Assembly (NCBI GenBank): GCA_021650915.1 | Contig: CP091279.1 | Location: 2,700,001 to 2,732,000 of the forward strand | DNA from: Candidatus Brocadia sp. | Lineage (GTDB): Bacteria > Planctomycetota > Brocadiia > Brocadiales > Brocadiaceae | Length of the DNA: 32,000 nucleotides | Reading direction: 5' to 3' | In this document: positions 1-7,383 of the stretch, in pieces | How positions within the stretch are numbered: the first letter of the stretch is position 1 | Layout: every line of letters begins with the position of its first letter | Notes under the pieces: generated by a model | Told to the model about the DNA's origin: nothing | The model's database searches: none | Seen by the model: the letters and a program-made list of their open reading frames with translations, nothing else | Made by a program: the position numbers and the translations under genes

Positions 1-870
1 CCAGCCAATACGCTGGTGTCCGGTAAGGCCAAAGGGTTTGATCGTAAATTCAGCCATCTGATAGAGCGTAGTGCCTCTTTCAAAAACCGTATCGAATCCG
101 CTGCGGTCAGCCGTTCCTTCAGAATCTATCGCCAGAGTGGAGACCGTAAGCCAGTCGACGGGGTGGAGAATGACGCCACCACCCAGTGCAACCAGCGGAA
201 ACGTGGTTGCCAGGGCGGCATTGAAGTTGAATGCAGTATTCATAAACTGCTCGGTTTCATTGCTGGCAAAGACGTTTGACTCTCGCAGGGACATCTTTCC
301 GGCCATAACGCCAACCCAGGGGGCCAGGAATTGCAGGTAATAGAGATCCGTCAACGCAGTGACATCATCCTCCGGCACAGGGTAGAGTGATGCCGTATTG
401 ACGGGAAGCAGCGCGCCGGTATTCAGGTTGTTGCTGTTTCCGTACCGGGTTTCTCCGCGGGCAACAAGCAAGCCGCCTGGCCACAAACCTGCCTTGCCTG
501 TGTCAAGTTGAATGCCGTATCGCATGTTCCCCTGGTAAGGATAATCATAATCGGTTCCGCCCGCCCAGTTTCCCTGGAGCGTCTGGATGAGGCTTACGTC
601 AAATCGAATGCCCTTATCCATCAACTGCTGCCGGGCGCCTCCCCAGTCTCCTGTCAGTCCAGCGCTATGCCACAGACCGCCGGTGTAATCTAACCAGGGA
701 ACCAGCCGGGGCATTTCTCCGCCGGGTTGACTTGTCGCTTTAACAGATCCATGCACATTTTCTTTGGGAGTGTCCGCAACAGACTGGATTTCCTCTGCAC
801 GTGCGCCGGACAATCCCATCATCGTGAGTAATAGCGCCAATGTTCCCCATGACTTCCAAAATATGTTCAT
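1..870 (-). CDS. Carbohydrate-selective porin, OprB family (partial; C-terminal part lies beyond the left edge)
   Basis: Absent from the supplied ORF track because there is no stop in the window. Hand translation of the minus strand from ATG at 870-868 stays open for all 290 codons to position 1. It reads MNIFWKSWGTLALLLTMMGLSGARAEE (signal peptide) ... WHSAGLTGDWGGARQQLMDKGIRFDVSLIQTLQGNWAGG ... TIKPFGLTGHQRIGW. The LTGDWGG-R--L---GI-F block and the Gly/aromatic-rich strand pattern match my memory of OprB porins. Confidence 0.65.
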   Translation of the reverse strand, partial: MNIFWKSWGTLALLLTMMGLSGARAEEIQSVADTPKENVHGSVKATSQPGGEMPRLVPWLDYTGGLWHSAGLTGDWGGARQQLMDKGIRFDVSLIQTLQGNWAGGTDYDYPYQGNMRYGIQLDTGKAGLWPGGLLVARGETRYGNSNNLNTGALLPVNTASLYPVPEDDVTALTDLYYLQFLAPWVGVMAGKMSLRESNVFASNETEQFMNTAFNFNAALATTFPLVALGGGVILHPVDWLTVSTLAIDSEGTADRSGFDTVFERGTTLYQMAEFTIKPFGLTGHQRIGW

Positions 871-955
871 AACCATTTATCCTCCCATACTGCCGTTTCT
901 TTTTATATTATATTTTTCCACCGAATTTAATGCTAAGGAATTTCAAATAAAAAAT

Positions 956-1028
956 TCCTCCCCCTTAATCCCCCTCGGTGAGGGGGACAGCCAGCTGTCC
1001 CCCGCTGGCGGGGGCGAAGGGGGTGGAG
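956..1028. repeat. C-tract/G-tract hairpin module (family also at 3722-3763, 19367-19433, 28968-29007)
   Basis: tcctcccccttaatCCCCCTcggtgAGGGGGacagccagctgtCCCCCGCtggCGGGGGcgaaggggg. There are two short perfect stems. The adjacent aaggaatttcaaa motif recurs beside the copy at 29020-29040 in inverted orientation. Confidence 0.7.
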
Positions 1029-1054
1029 TGCAGTTGTAAAAATTTAAAAATTTT

Positions 1055-1275
1055 GTAATAATTTAGCTTTTTGAAAAAATCCCGAAGGGATGTCATGATT
1101 ATAGAAAAAACGCGCCACCCTATTCAACCCCGTAGGGGTGAAATATCGGGAAAATAGCGATACTATGCCACCCCTGCGGGGTTAGCCATAATTGCATAAC
1201 CATATGCTATAATCATGACATCCCTTCGGGATTACTGAATGGATACGAGAATTTTTCAAAAAGCTAAATTGTTAC
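1055..1275. mobile_element. MITE-like element, 221 bp, GTAA-type terminal inverted repeats
   Basis: Left end is gtaataatttagctttttgaaaaaa (1055-1079). The reverse complement of the right end (1251-1275) is gtaacaatttagctttttgaaaaat. An inner 26-bp inverted repeat, atcccgaagggatgtcatgattatag (1079-1104) / ctataatcatgacatcccttcgggatt (1207-1233), is present. The interior 1105-1200 recurs reverse-complemented at 4290-4380. Flanks are A/T-rich (aaaatttt / aattttt), so the target-site duplication is ambiguous. Confidence 0.65.
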
Positions 1276-1363
1276 AATTGTTACAATTTTTGTATTCATT
1301 TAGTTTTTGGCACGAATGTCCGTAGTTTGAGGTACAATCGATAGCACAGTTCTGATGACAATC

Positions 1364-3691
1364 TTAGTTCTTCCCCCCTGGTTTATCTCCTTGACGGGCA
1401 GCTAATGCCCTCAATTGCTGCTCTAATTGCTGATAATTTTTATTATCCGGGTAGTTCTTGCACAATCCGACTGCATACCGCAACGCTTTTTCAAACTCGC
1501 CTCTGTCCCGGTGAATTGTGGCCAGAGAAACCAGCAAATCACGGTCGTAAGGATTACGAGTTAATGCCCTTTTGAGAACCGATATTGCCTGTCCTGACAT
1601 TTCAAGCGAGTTCAGGGCAATTCCATAAACGTAATGGTATTGCGCATTCTCCGGGGCAAGCAGCGCAGCCTTGCGCAAATGGTGCAGGGCGCTCTTGTGA
1701 TTCCCGGCTCGAATCATCAACAGTCCCATTGCGTGATGTGCCGGCGCTGATTCTGGCGCAATTTCTAAGGCATTTTGTAAGATGACCCTTCCTTCTTCAT
1801 CGCGATTCTGCAGGCGGCAAACATCTGCAAGGTTGATATACCCCGGGACGAAGGCCGGCTCAATCTCAATCGCTTTTTTATATGTGGCTGCTGCACGGTC
1901 AAATTCACCTCGTTCGAGGTAGAGGTTTCCCAGGTTTATAAGTGTTGCCGGGTAATCGGCATTGAGCAACTGCGTCTCCTCGTATTCTTTTATAGCAACC
2001 TCGCTCTGCTGCCATGCTTCATTTGATAGCACGTCGGACGGTACCGCCGCTATGGAGCGGGCGGCAAGGGTACGCACCAGACGTACTGAATCCTGTAGCA
2101 CCGGCAACAGAAAATGCACGCGGTCTTTTGGCGGTAAGACATCCAGAGAGGCGACTGCCGCAGACCGAATAAGAGGATTGGAGTCTTGCAGCATTTTTCC
2201 AAGAGTTTTTAACGAGGATTCGTTGGGGTAATTACGCAATTGTAAGATCGCTGTGGCACGCACCATCGACGATTGCTGGTTGTCTTCTACTAAATGAACG
2301 AGATCGGCATCAGTGCCGGGGGTACAGCGGCTGGCGTCCCGGAATATCTCGCCATAATGCATTCCTGACTTTGGCTGACCGTACCACTTCGCGAAATGTT
2401 CTGCTGCCCATGCCGTCGACTTGTCTGCATGGCAATCGTTGCAGGCATTCGGCACACCGAGTTTCTTTGATAAGTCGGGTCGCGGAACACGGAAGCTGTG
2501 ATCACGGCGCGGATCGACTACCATGTAAGTACGAGCTGGCATATGACACTCGACACATTGCGATCCAGCAGAATCCAGCTTGTGAAAATGGTGCTCGTGC
2601 GAGCCGTATTTCTCCGGCTGGTGACACGAGTAGCATAATTCATTACCTTCCTTCCGGCGACGGGTAGTGTGCGGATCATGGCAATCCGTGCAGACAATCC
2701 CAGACTGATACATCTTGCTCTGCAAGAATGAACCGTACTCATAAACTTCGTCACGAATCTGTCCGTCCGGATAGTAGAGGTTCTCCTCCAGTACGTGCGG
2801 GTAGTGGGTATCCAGCAATGGTTTTCCGTGCACATAGTCCTCGCTGATGACTCCCCGGCGGCTGTGACAACGCGCGCACATCTCGACCTCTTTATGTCTG
2901 CGCCGTGGGGCGCTTGGCTTGTAGGTAGCCAGCTTCTTATCGAATATCCACGTCACTTCTTCGTCTTCGTCATTCTTTAATCGAATTGACAAGCCCATAT
3001 CCGTGTAGCCTTGTGTATCTTTGCCGTTTGCCTCTGCTTCTGCCCATTCAACGTGCCGTGAGCCCGGTCCGTGACACGCCTCACACGACACATCAATTTC
3101 AGACCATGTGGTATTGTAACGACCGCTGGCAACATCGTAATTTTTTTTCAGATTGGTGGAATGACATTCAGCGCACATATAATTCCAGTTCTGTGAAATC
3201 TTTGTCCAGTAGAGCATATCATCCGGCGGAATACGTTCGTTGCCGTAAATATGAAACCAGCGCTGGCCGCCTTGTTCTTTCGGCCTTGTATCCCAGCACA
3301 GAGGCAGGGTTTGCAGGCGACCTTTGGGAAACTCAACAAGATACTGCTGCAAAGGCCGCACACCGAAGGTGTATGCAATGGCGAATTCCTGAAATGCGCC
3401 TCCTTCACCTTCAGTAAAAACAAAATACCTGCCATCCCTTTTGTAAAACTTCGATGTTATACCCAAGTGATTGAACGAGGCGTTGTTGAAATCGCCAAGC
3501 GCCGTTGCATCAGTAGCAAAGTCCATTGCGAGATCATGATCGGAACCTGTATATTGTGCATAGATATTTTCATGGCACGGTTTGCATGTCTCTCTGCCAA
3601 CATACTGTGCTTTTATTGCCTCTTGCGTGGAAATATTCTGCTGTGCTTTATGACAGCCAATGCATATCAGAAAAGACACGCAAACAATCAT
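1364..3691 (-). CDS. Octahaem c-type cytochrome lipoprotein fused to HEAT-like and TPR repeats
   Basis: ORF 1364..3853, trimmed to ATG 3691 (MIVCVSFLICIGCHKAQQ; lipobox ICIGC) because codons 1-54 read through a repeat hairpin. It has eight CxxCH motifs: CKPCH, CAECH, CEACH, CARCH, CTDCH, CYSCH, CVECH, CNDCH. These are followed by HEAT-like repeats (NPLIRSAAVASLDVL, SVRLVRTLAARSIAAV). About 6 TPR-like repeats (e.g. YINLADVCRLQNRDEEGRVILQNALEIAP) run to the C-terminus. Confidence 0.85.
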   Translation of the reverse strand: MIVCVSFLICIGCHKAQQNISTQEAIKAQYVGRETCKPCHENIYAQYTGSDHDLAMDFATDATALGDFNNASFNHLGITSKFYKRDGRYFVFTEGEGGAFQEFAIAYTFGVRPLQQYLVEFPKGRLQTLPLCWDTRPKEQGGQRWFHIYGNERIPPDDMLYWTKISQNWNYMCAECHSTNLKKNYDVASGRYNTTWSEIDVSCEACHGPGSRHVEWAEAEANGKDTQGYTDMGLSIRLKNDEDEEVTWIFDKKLATYKPSAPRRRHKEVEMCARCHSRRGVISEDYVHGKPLLDTHYPHVLEENLYYPDGQIRDEVYEYGSFLQSKMYQSGIVCTDCHDPHTTRRRKEGNELCYSCHQPEKYGSHEHHFHKLDSAGSQCVECHMPARTYMVVDPRRDHSFRVPRPDLSKKLGVPNACNDCHADKSTAWAAEHFAKWYGQPKSGMHYGEIFRDASRCTPGTDADLVHLVEDNQQSSMVRATAILQLRNYPNESSLKTLGKMLQDSNPLIRSAAVASLDVLPPKDRVHFLLPVLQDSVRLVRTLAARSIAAVPSDVLSNEAWQQSEVAIKEYEETQLLNADYPATLINLGNLYLERGEFDRAAATYKKAIEIEPAFVPGYINLADVCRLQNRDEEGRVILQNALEIAPESAPAHHAMGLLMIRAGNHKSALHHLRKAALLAPENAQYHYVYGIALNSLEMSGQAISVLKRALTRNPYDRDLLVSLATIHRDRGEFEKALRYAVGLCKNYPDNKNYQQLEQQLRALAARQGDKPGGKN

Positions 3692-3721
3692 CGAAAGGCG
3701 TAACCACAAACAAGTCCCACG

Positions 3722-3763
3722 TCCTCCCCCTTTATCCCCCTCTGAAGGGGGACAGGGGGAGGA
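3722..3763. repeat. C-tract/G-tract nested hairpin
   Basis: TCCTCCCCCtttaTCCCCCTctgaAGGGGGAcAGGGGGAGGA. Outer and inner stems are both perfect. It lies just upstream of the proposed cytochrome start. Confidence 0.7.
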
Positions 3764-3929
3764 AAGTGGGTTGTGATAAATTTGCCGAGAAAATAAGTTT
3801 TTATATAACAATACGATACGTCCAACCGTTGGAAAAAACACGAATAAACGCATAGTGTCTGTGCCTTATAAACCTTGCAACACTTTAGTTTTTTGAAAAA
3901 TTACTATAATAACGATGTTACCGCACCGT

Positions 3930-4003
3930 GTAGGGGCGAAGCATTTGCCATACATTGGCATACCTGTGTTCACGCCCCAAGCTGGCAAATGCTTCGCCCC
4001 TCC
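3930..4003. repeat. GTAG-headed long hairpin (stem AGGGGCGAAGCATTTGCCA)
   Basis: gtAGGGGCGAAGCATTTGCCA-32 nt loop-TGGCAAATGCTTCGCCCCTcc. The 19-bp stem is perfect. The whole element is the reverse-complement homologue of 31745-31818. Confidence 0.8.
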
Positions 4004-4153
4004 TTTTCAAAAAACTAACGCGTTACCGATGCTTTAATCCCGAAGGGATGTCATGATTATAGTATGTTGTTATAGTATTACCGTATAAAAACTTCTTTTT
4101 TTGTAAGTTTTTTCACAAATCCCTTTCAGGAGGTACCGGTTTTTATGAGTGAA

Positions 4154-4247
4154 AGATTGCTTCGCTTCACTCGCAATGACAACGTGCAGTGTGCCATCAA
4201 AGTGCATGGTCGCTGTCATTGCGAGGGCCTTTTCCGAAGCAATCTCC
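4154..4247. repeat. CATTGCGAGG/CGAAGCAATC-family repeat pair (composite unit Y; second copy 12848-12970)
   Basis: agattgcttcgcttcactcgcaatgaca (4154-4181) and tgtcattgcgagggccttttccgaagcaatctcc (4214-4247). Unit Y as a whole spans roughly 4165-4285. Its order and spacers match 12848-12970 in the same orientation. Confidence 0.75.
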
Positions 4248-4496
4248 CGCTTTCATAAGGAGATTTGGTTGCGGCCTTGCTGCGCTATGCAATTATGGTT
4301 AACCCTGTAGGGGTGGCATAGTATAGCTATTTTCCCGATATTTCACCCCTTACGGGGTTGAATATGGCGGCGCGTTTTTTCTATAATCATGTCATCCCTT
4401 CGGGATTTTTCAAAAAACTAACGCGTTGCCAAACCTTTCTACATTTCTGATTGTCGCTTTGTGATAGAGTAAACGCCTTAAATAAGTTGACAGGTG

Positions 4497-4628
4497 ATAG
4501 TCATTGAGAGCACATTCGCTTTACTCAGTGAAACTCCGTGAAGCAATCCCACCCTTGAGACTTCGTCGTGAGCTCAGACGAACGCTCAGTCGAACGATTG
4601 CTTCGGGCTAACGCCCTCGCAATGACAC
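4497..4628. repeat. CATTGCGAGG-family composite unit X (about 130 bp), reverse-complement copy of 12697-12860
   Basis: The reverse complement reads gtgtcattgcgagggcgttagcccgaagcaatcgttcgactgagc...tcacgacgaagtctcaagggtgggattgcttcac. Compare 12697 ggtcattgcgagggcgatagcccgaagcaatcgttcgactgagctcacgccgaagtcttaagggtggggttgctgag. Confidence 0.75.
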
Positions 4629-4681
4629 CTTTCCTTTTGCGTTTACTTTAATTAGGCCTTCGGCAACTTTTTTATCGTTAT

Positions 4682-4709
4682 GTAGAGGCAATTCATGAAT
4701 TGCCTCTAC
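4682..4709. repeat. GTAG...CTAC perfect palindrome
   Basis: GTAGAGGCAATTCatGAATTGCCTCTAC has 13-bp arms. It is preceded by the recurrent attaggccttcggcaactttt module (4651-4672). Confidence 0.7.
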
Positions 4710-4734
4710 AAGATTGAAATTCCTTAACATCTAG

Positions 4735-5727
4735 TCACTCCTTTTCAAAAGGATAAACAACCCTCCAGTCCTTTTTCATGTCCACCACTGTCCAATCATG
4801 CTTTTTCGCCACGTCGAGGGCTTTATCAAGCTTGCCAATGGCCGATTTCCGGTCATATGCCCATTCCCGCTTTGCATCGGTATGATGAACAATGAGCCCG
4901 AAACGCAAACCATCGCCAGCAGTGGTCCACTGAAGCATTTGCAGGTCGCCATCGGAATTGCCAAAGGCTGCGATAGGGCGGCGGCCGATGAACTTGTAGA
5001 TGCCCGACGGTTTTCCCGCCTTGTCATTAATAAAATCAATTTCAGGCAACCGCACGATCGCGGGCTTACCTTCACGCAACTCGAACTTCGTCCTGATGCT
5101 GCTGCCAATGACCTGTTCCGGCGGTATACCGTAAACCTTTTCCGTCCATGGGCGCATGAACTCTATACCGCCACCCGATACGATGTACGTCTTGAAGCCG
5201 TTGGCGCGCAGGTAGACGAGCAGTTCGAGCATCGGCTGATAGACCATTTCCGTGTATGGCCGCCTGGTCACGGGATGCTTTGCGGTTGCAACCCAATCCT
5301 TCACGATCTGCTCGAACTCCTCAGCAGTCATCCCCGCATGCGTGGCCATGACAATTTCCAGCATCGAGCGCTCGCCGCCCGCAAGCGCACCCTTCACATC
5401 GCCTTTGAGTAACGATGCGAACGGTTCATTATCCTTCCATTCCGGATGCTGCGGGGCAAGCGCCTTGATACGGTCAAGTGCAAACAGGAACTGGAAATAG
5501 ATCGGCTGCTCGGCCCAAAGCGTGCCATCGTTGTCGAAGACGGCGATGCGCTCGGCGACCGGCACGAAATCCGGCGAAGCTTGCCGGGTTGCTTTGGCGA
5601 CAAACTGCTCGATGGATTGCTTCGTAGTTCCAGCGTTCCAAGAGGGGAGAGGATCGGCGGCGAAGGCCGTCATGGTAAAGCTGACTACGAACAAAGTTGC
5701 TAACACAGGTATCCTTATGAGTTTCAC
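4735..5727 (-). CDS. Secreted HAD-superfamily hydrolase (phosphatase-like, HAD-IB type)
   Basis: 330-aa ORF. Signal peptide is MKLIRIPVLATLFVVSFTMTAFAADP. HAD motif I is FDNDGTLW (DxDxT). Also seen are YIVSGGG and motif IV GNSDGDLQML. It lies 72 bp downstream of the sulfatase gene on the same strand. Confidence 0.75.
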   Translation of the reverse strand: MKLIRIPVLATLFVVSFTMTAFAADPLPSWNAGTTKQSIEQFVAKATRQASPDFVPVAERIAVFDNDGTLWAEQPIYFQFLFALDRIKALAPQHPEWKDNEPFASLLKGDVKGALAGGERSMLEIVMATHAGMTAEEFEQIVKDWVATAKHPVTRRPYTEMVYQPMLELLVYLRANGFKTYIVSGGGIEFMRPWTEKVYGIPPEQVIGSSIRTKFELREGKPAIVRLPEIDFINDKAGKPSGIYKFIGRRPIAAFGNSDGDLQMLQWTTAGDGLRFGLIVHHTDAKREWAYDRKSAIGKLDKALDVAKKHDWTVVDMKKDWRVVYPFEKE

Positions 5728-5799
5728 GGTAGTCCTCCTTAAGCGTCAATTGCCAGGCCGCACCCGCAGTCACGGTGGGTGCGGCCTGTTACGGGTCGG

Positions 5800-7371
5800 T
5801 CACCTGCCTCCCGCCGCGGATTCGATCTGTTTCTTAATCTTCTCCAGGTTAAACGATCCCGGCGTCTGGCTCGGCGGATACTCCTTCATGGTCGTCAGGA
5901 ACTTCCCGGCCATTGCTTGCAGCGGCACGATAACGAAGATGTGGTCAATATACCAGTCCCAATAGGTGTTGGAGGCGTGCTGGGCCTTTTCGAACGGGTC
6001 GCGGCGCAGATTAAACAACATTGGCGCACGCAGTTCAGTAAAAGGTTCCAGCCAGATACGCACCGTTTTCTCTTCCTTCTGCTCCTGGAATACGGCCTTC
6101 CAGTCGTCAAAGCGCATCGCCAGGATCTGGCCTTCATCGCCGGTGTAAACAACCTCGTGACGGGGCGATTCCTTCACCTTGCCGGAGAAATAGTCCAGCA
6201 TGTTCGTTCCGTCGATGTAGTTGCGGTATCTCCGGCCGTTCAGCTCTGTGCCTTTGGCGAGCTTGTCTTTGATGTCGGAATCACCAGCAATGGCGGCGAG
6301 TGTCGGCAGCCAGTCCTCGTGCCCTACGATGCCGTTTAACGTTACCCCGGCGGGGAAATGGCCTGGCCAGCGGACGAAGGCCGGTACGCGAAAGGCGCCC
6401 TCCCAGTTCGTATTTTTCTCACTGCGGAACGGGGTGGTACCGGCATCCGGCCAGGTGTTGTAGTGCGGACCATTGTCGGTCGAGTAAAATACGACGGTGT
6501 TGTCGGCGATCTTGAGGTCATCAAGCAGCTTGAGCAGTTCGCCCACGTGCCGGTCGTGTTCGACCATGCCGTCGCTGTATTCATCCTGTCCGGAGATGCC
6601 GCGGTGCTCAGCCTTCACATGCGTTCGAAAGTGCATGCGGGTGGCGTTCCACCATGTGAAAAACGGCTTACCGGCCTTCACCTGGCGCTGGATGAAGTCC
6701 TTGGCAGCGGCGAGGGTTTCCTCGTCCACCGTCTCCATGCGTTTCTTCGTCAGCGGGCCGGTATCTTCAACGGTCTGCCCGCCCTTGCCGTCTGCCCTGG
6801 CCCTGATTACTCCGCGCGGGCCGAACTTCTTGCGGAACTCCGGATTTTTCGGATAGTCTGGATGCTCAGGTTCCTCTTCTGCGTTGAGGTGATAAAGGTT
6901 GCCGAAGAACTCGTCAAAGCCGTGCATGGTGGGCAGGTGTTCGTCCCGGTCGCCCTGATGGTTCTTGCCGAATTGCGCCGTAGCGTAGCCGAGACTCTTC
7001 ATCACGGTGGCGATAGTGACGTCGGTCATCTGCCAGCCTTCCTTAGCGCCAGGCATGCCGACCTTGGTCATGCCGGTGCGTACCGGCACGTTACCGCCGA
7101 TGAATGCGGCGCGCCCGGCGGTGCAGCTCTGCTGGCCGTAGTAATCGGTGAACGACAAACCTTCCCTTGCAAGGCGGTCAATGTTGGGCGTCTGGTAACC
7201 CATCATACCGCGATTGTTGTGGCTGATGTTCCAGGCGCCGATGTCATCACCCCAGATGACGAGAATGTTGGGCTTTTTGCCCTTGTCAGCGGCAATCGCA
7301 TGGCTTGTGTTAAAAAGTAAAGCGGAAAAAAGCAGGTTCACAACTATAGCGCTCAATCGAAATACTTTCAT
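5800..7371 (-). CDS. Arylsulfatase (Cys-type, C-T-A-G-R variant signature)
   Basis: 523-aa ORF. Signal peptide is MKVFRLSAIVVNLLFSALLFNTSHAIA. The metal-binding N-terminus reads NILVIWGDDIG. The sulfatase signature is QQSCTAGRAAFIGG, with GKNHQGD downstream. Confidence 0.9.
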   Translation of the reverse strand: MKVFRLSAIVVNLLFSALLFNTSHAIAADKGKKPNILVIWGDDIGAWNISHNNRGMMGYQTPNIDRLAREGLSFTDYYGQQSCTAGRAAFIGGNVPVRTGMTKVGMPGAKEGWQMTDVTIATVMKSLGYATAQFGKNHQGDRDEHLPTMHGFDEFFGNLYHLNAEEEPEHPDYPKNPEFRKKFGPRGVIRARADGKGGQTVEDTGPLTKKRMETVDEETLAAAKDFIQRQVKAGKPFFTWWNATRMHFRTHVKAEHRGISGQDEYSDGMVEHDRHVGELLKLLDDLKIADNTVVFYSTDNGPHYNTWPDAGTTPFRSEKNTNWEGAFRVPAFVRWPGHFPAGVTLNGIVGHEDWLPTLAAIAGDSDIKDKLAKGTELNGRRYRNYIDGTNMLDYFSGKVKESPRHEVVYTGDEGQILAMRFDDWKAVFQEQKEEKTVRIWLEPFTELRAPMLFNLRRDPFEKAQHASNTYWDWYIDHIFVIVPLQAMAGKFLTTMKEYPPSQTPGSFNLEKIKKQIESAAGGR

Positions 7372-7383
7372 GTTTTATCTCCT

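Larger units (their letters stand above)
3877..4430. mobile_element. Composite/nested MITE-like element (554 bp) flanked by a 7-bp direct repeat AAACCTT
   Basis: Left TIR is gcaacactttagttttttgaaaaa (3877-3900). There is an internal right-type TIR cttttcaaaaaactaacgcgttac (4003-4026) and an outer right TIR ttttcaaaaaactaacgcgttgcc (4407-4430). The direct repeat aaacctt sits at 3870-3876 and 4431-4437. The interior holds a GTAG hairpin (3930-4003), a cccgaagggatgtcatgattatag inverted-repeat pair (4036-4062 / 4381-4408), CATTGCGAGG-family repeats, and a reverse-complement copy of 1105-1200. Confidence 0.7.

Noticed and set aside
1308-1323. TGGCAC hexamer upstream of nothing obvious
   Set aside because: The -12 position reads TCCG, not TTGC, and no plus-strand gene follows.
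3692-3853. N-terminal 54-codon extension of the cytochrome ORF
   Set aside because: It reads through the C-tract/G-tract repeat (…PCPPSEGDKGGGRG…). The internal ATG 3691 gives a clean lipoprotein signal.
4798-5412. 204-aa plus-strand ORF antisense to the HAD hydrolase
   Set aside because: The minus-strand product carries a signal peptide and all HAD motifs. The plus-strand product has none.
6358-7320. 320-aa plus-strand ORF inside the 523-aa sulfatase gene
   Set aside because: It is a shadow ORF for the same reason: no recognisable motifs, while the opposite strand encodes a complete sulfatase.
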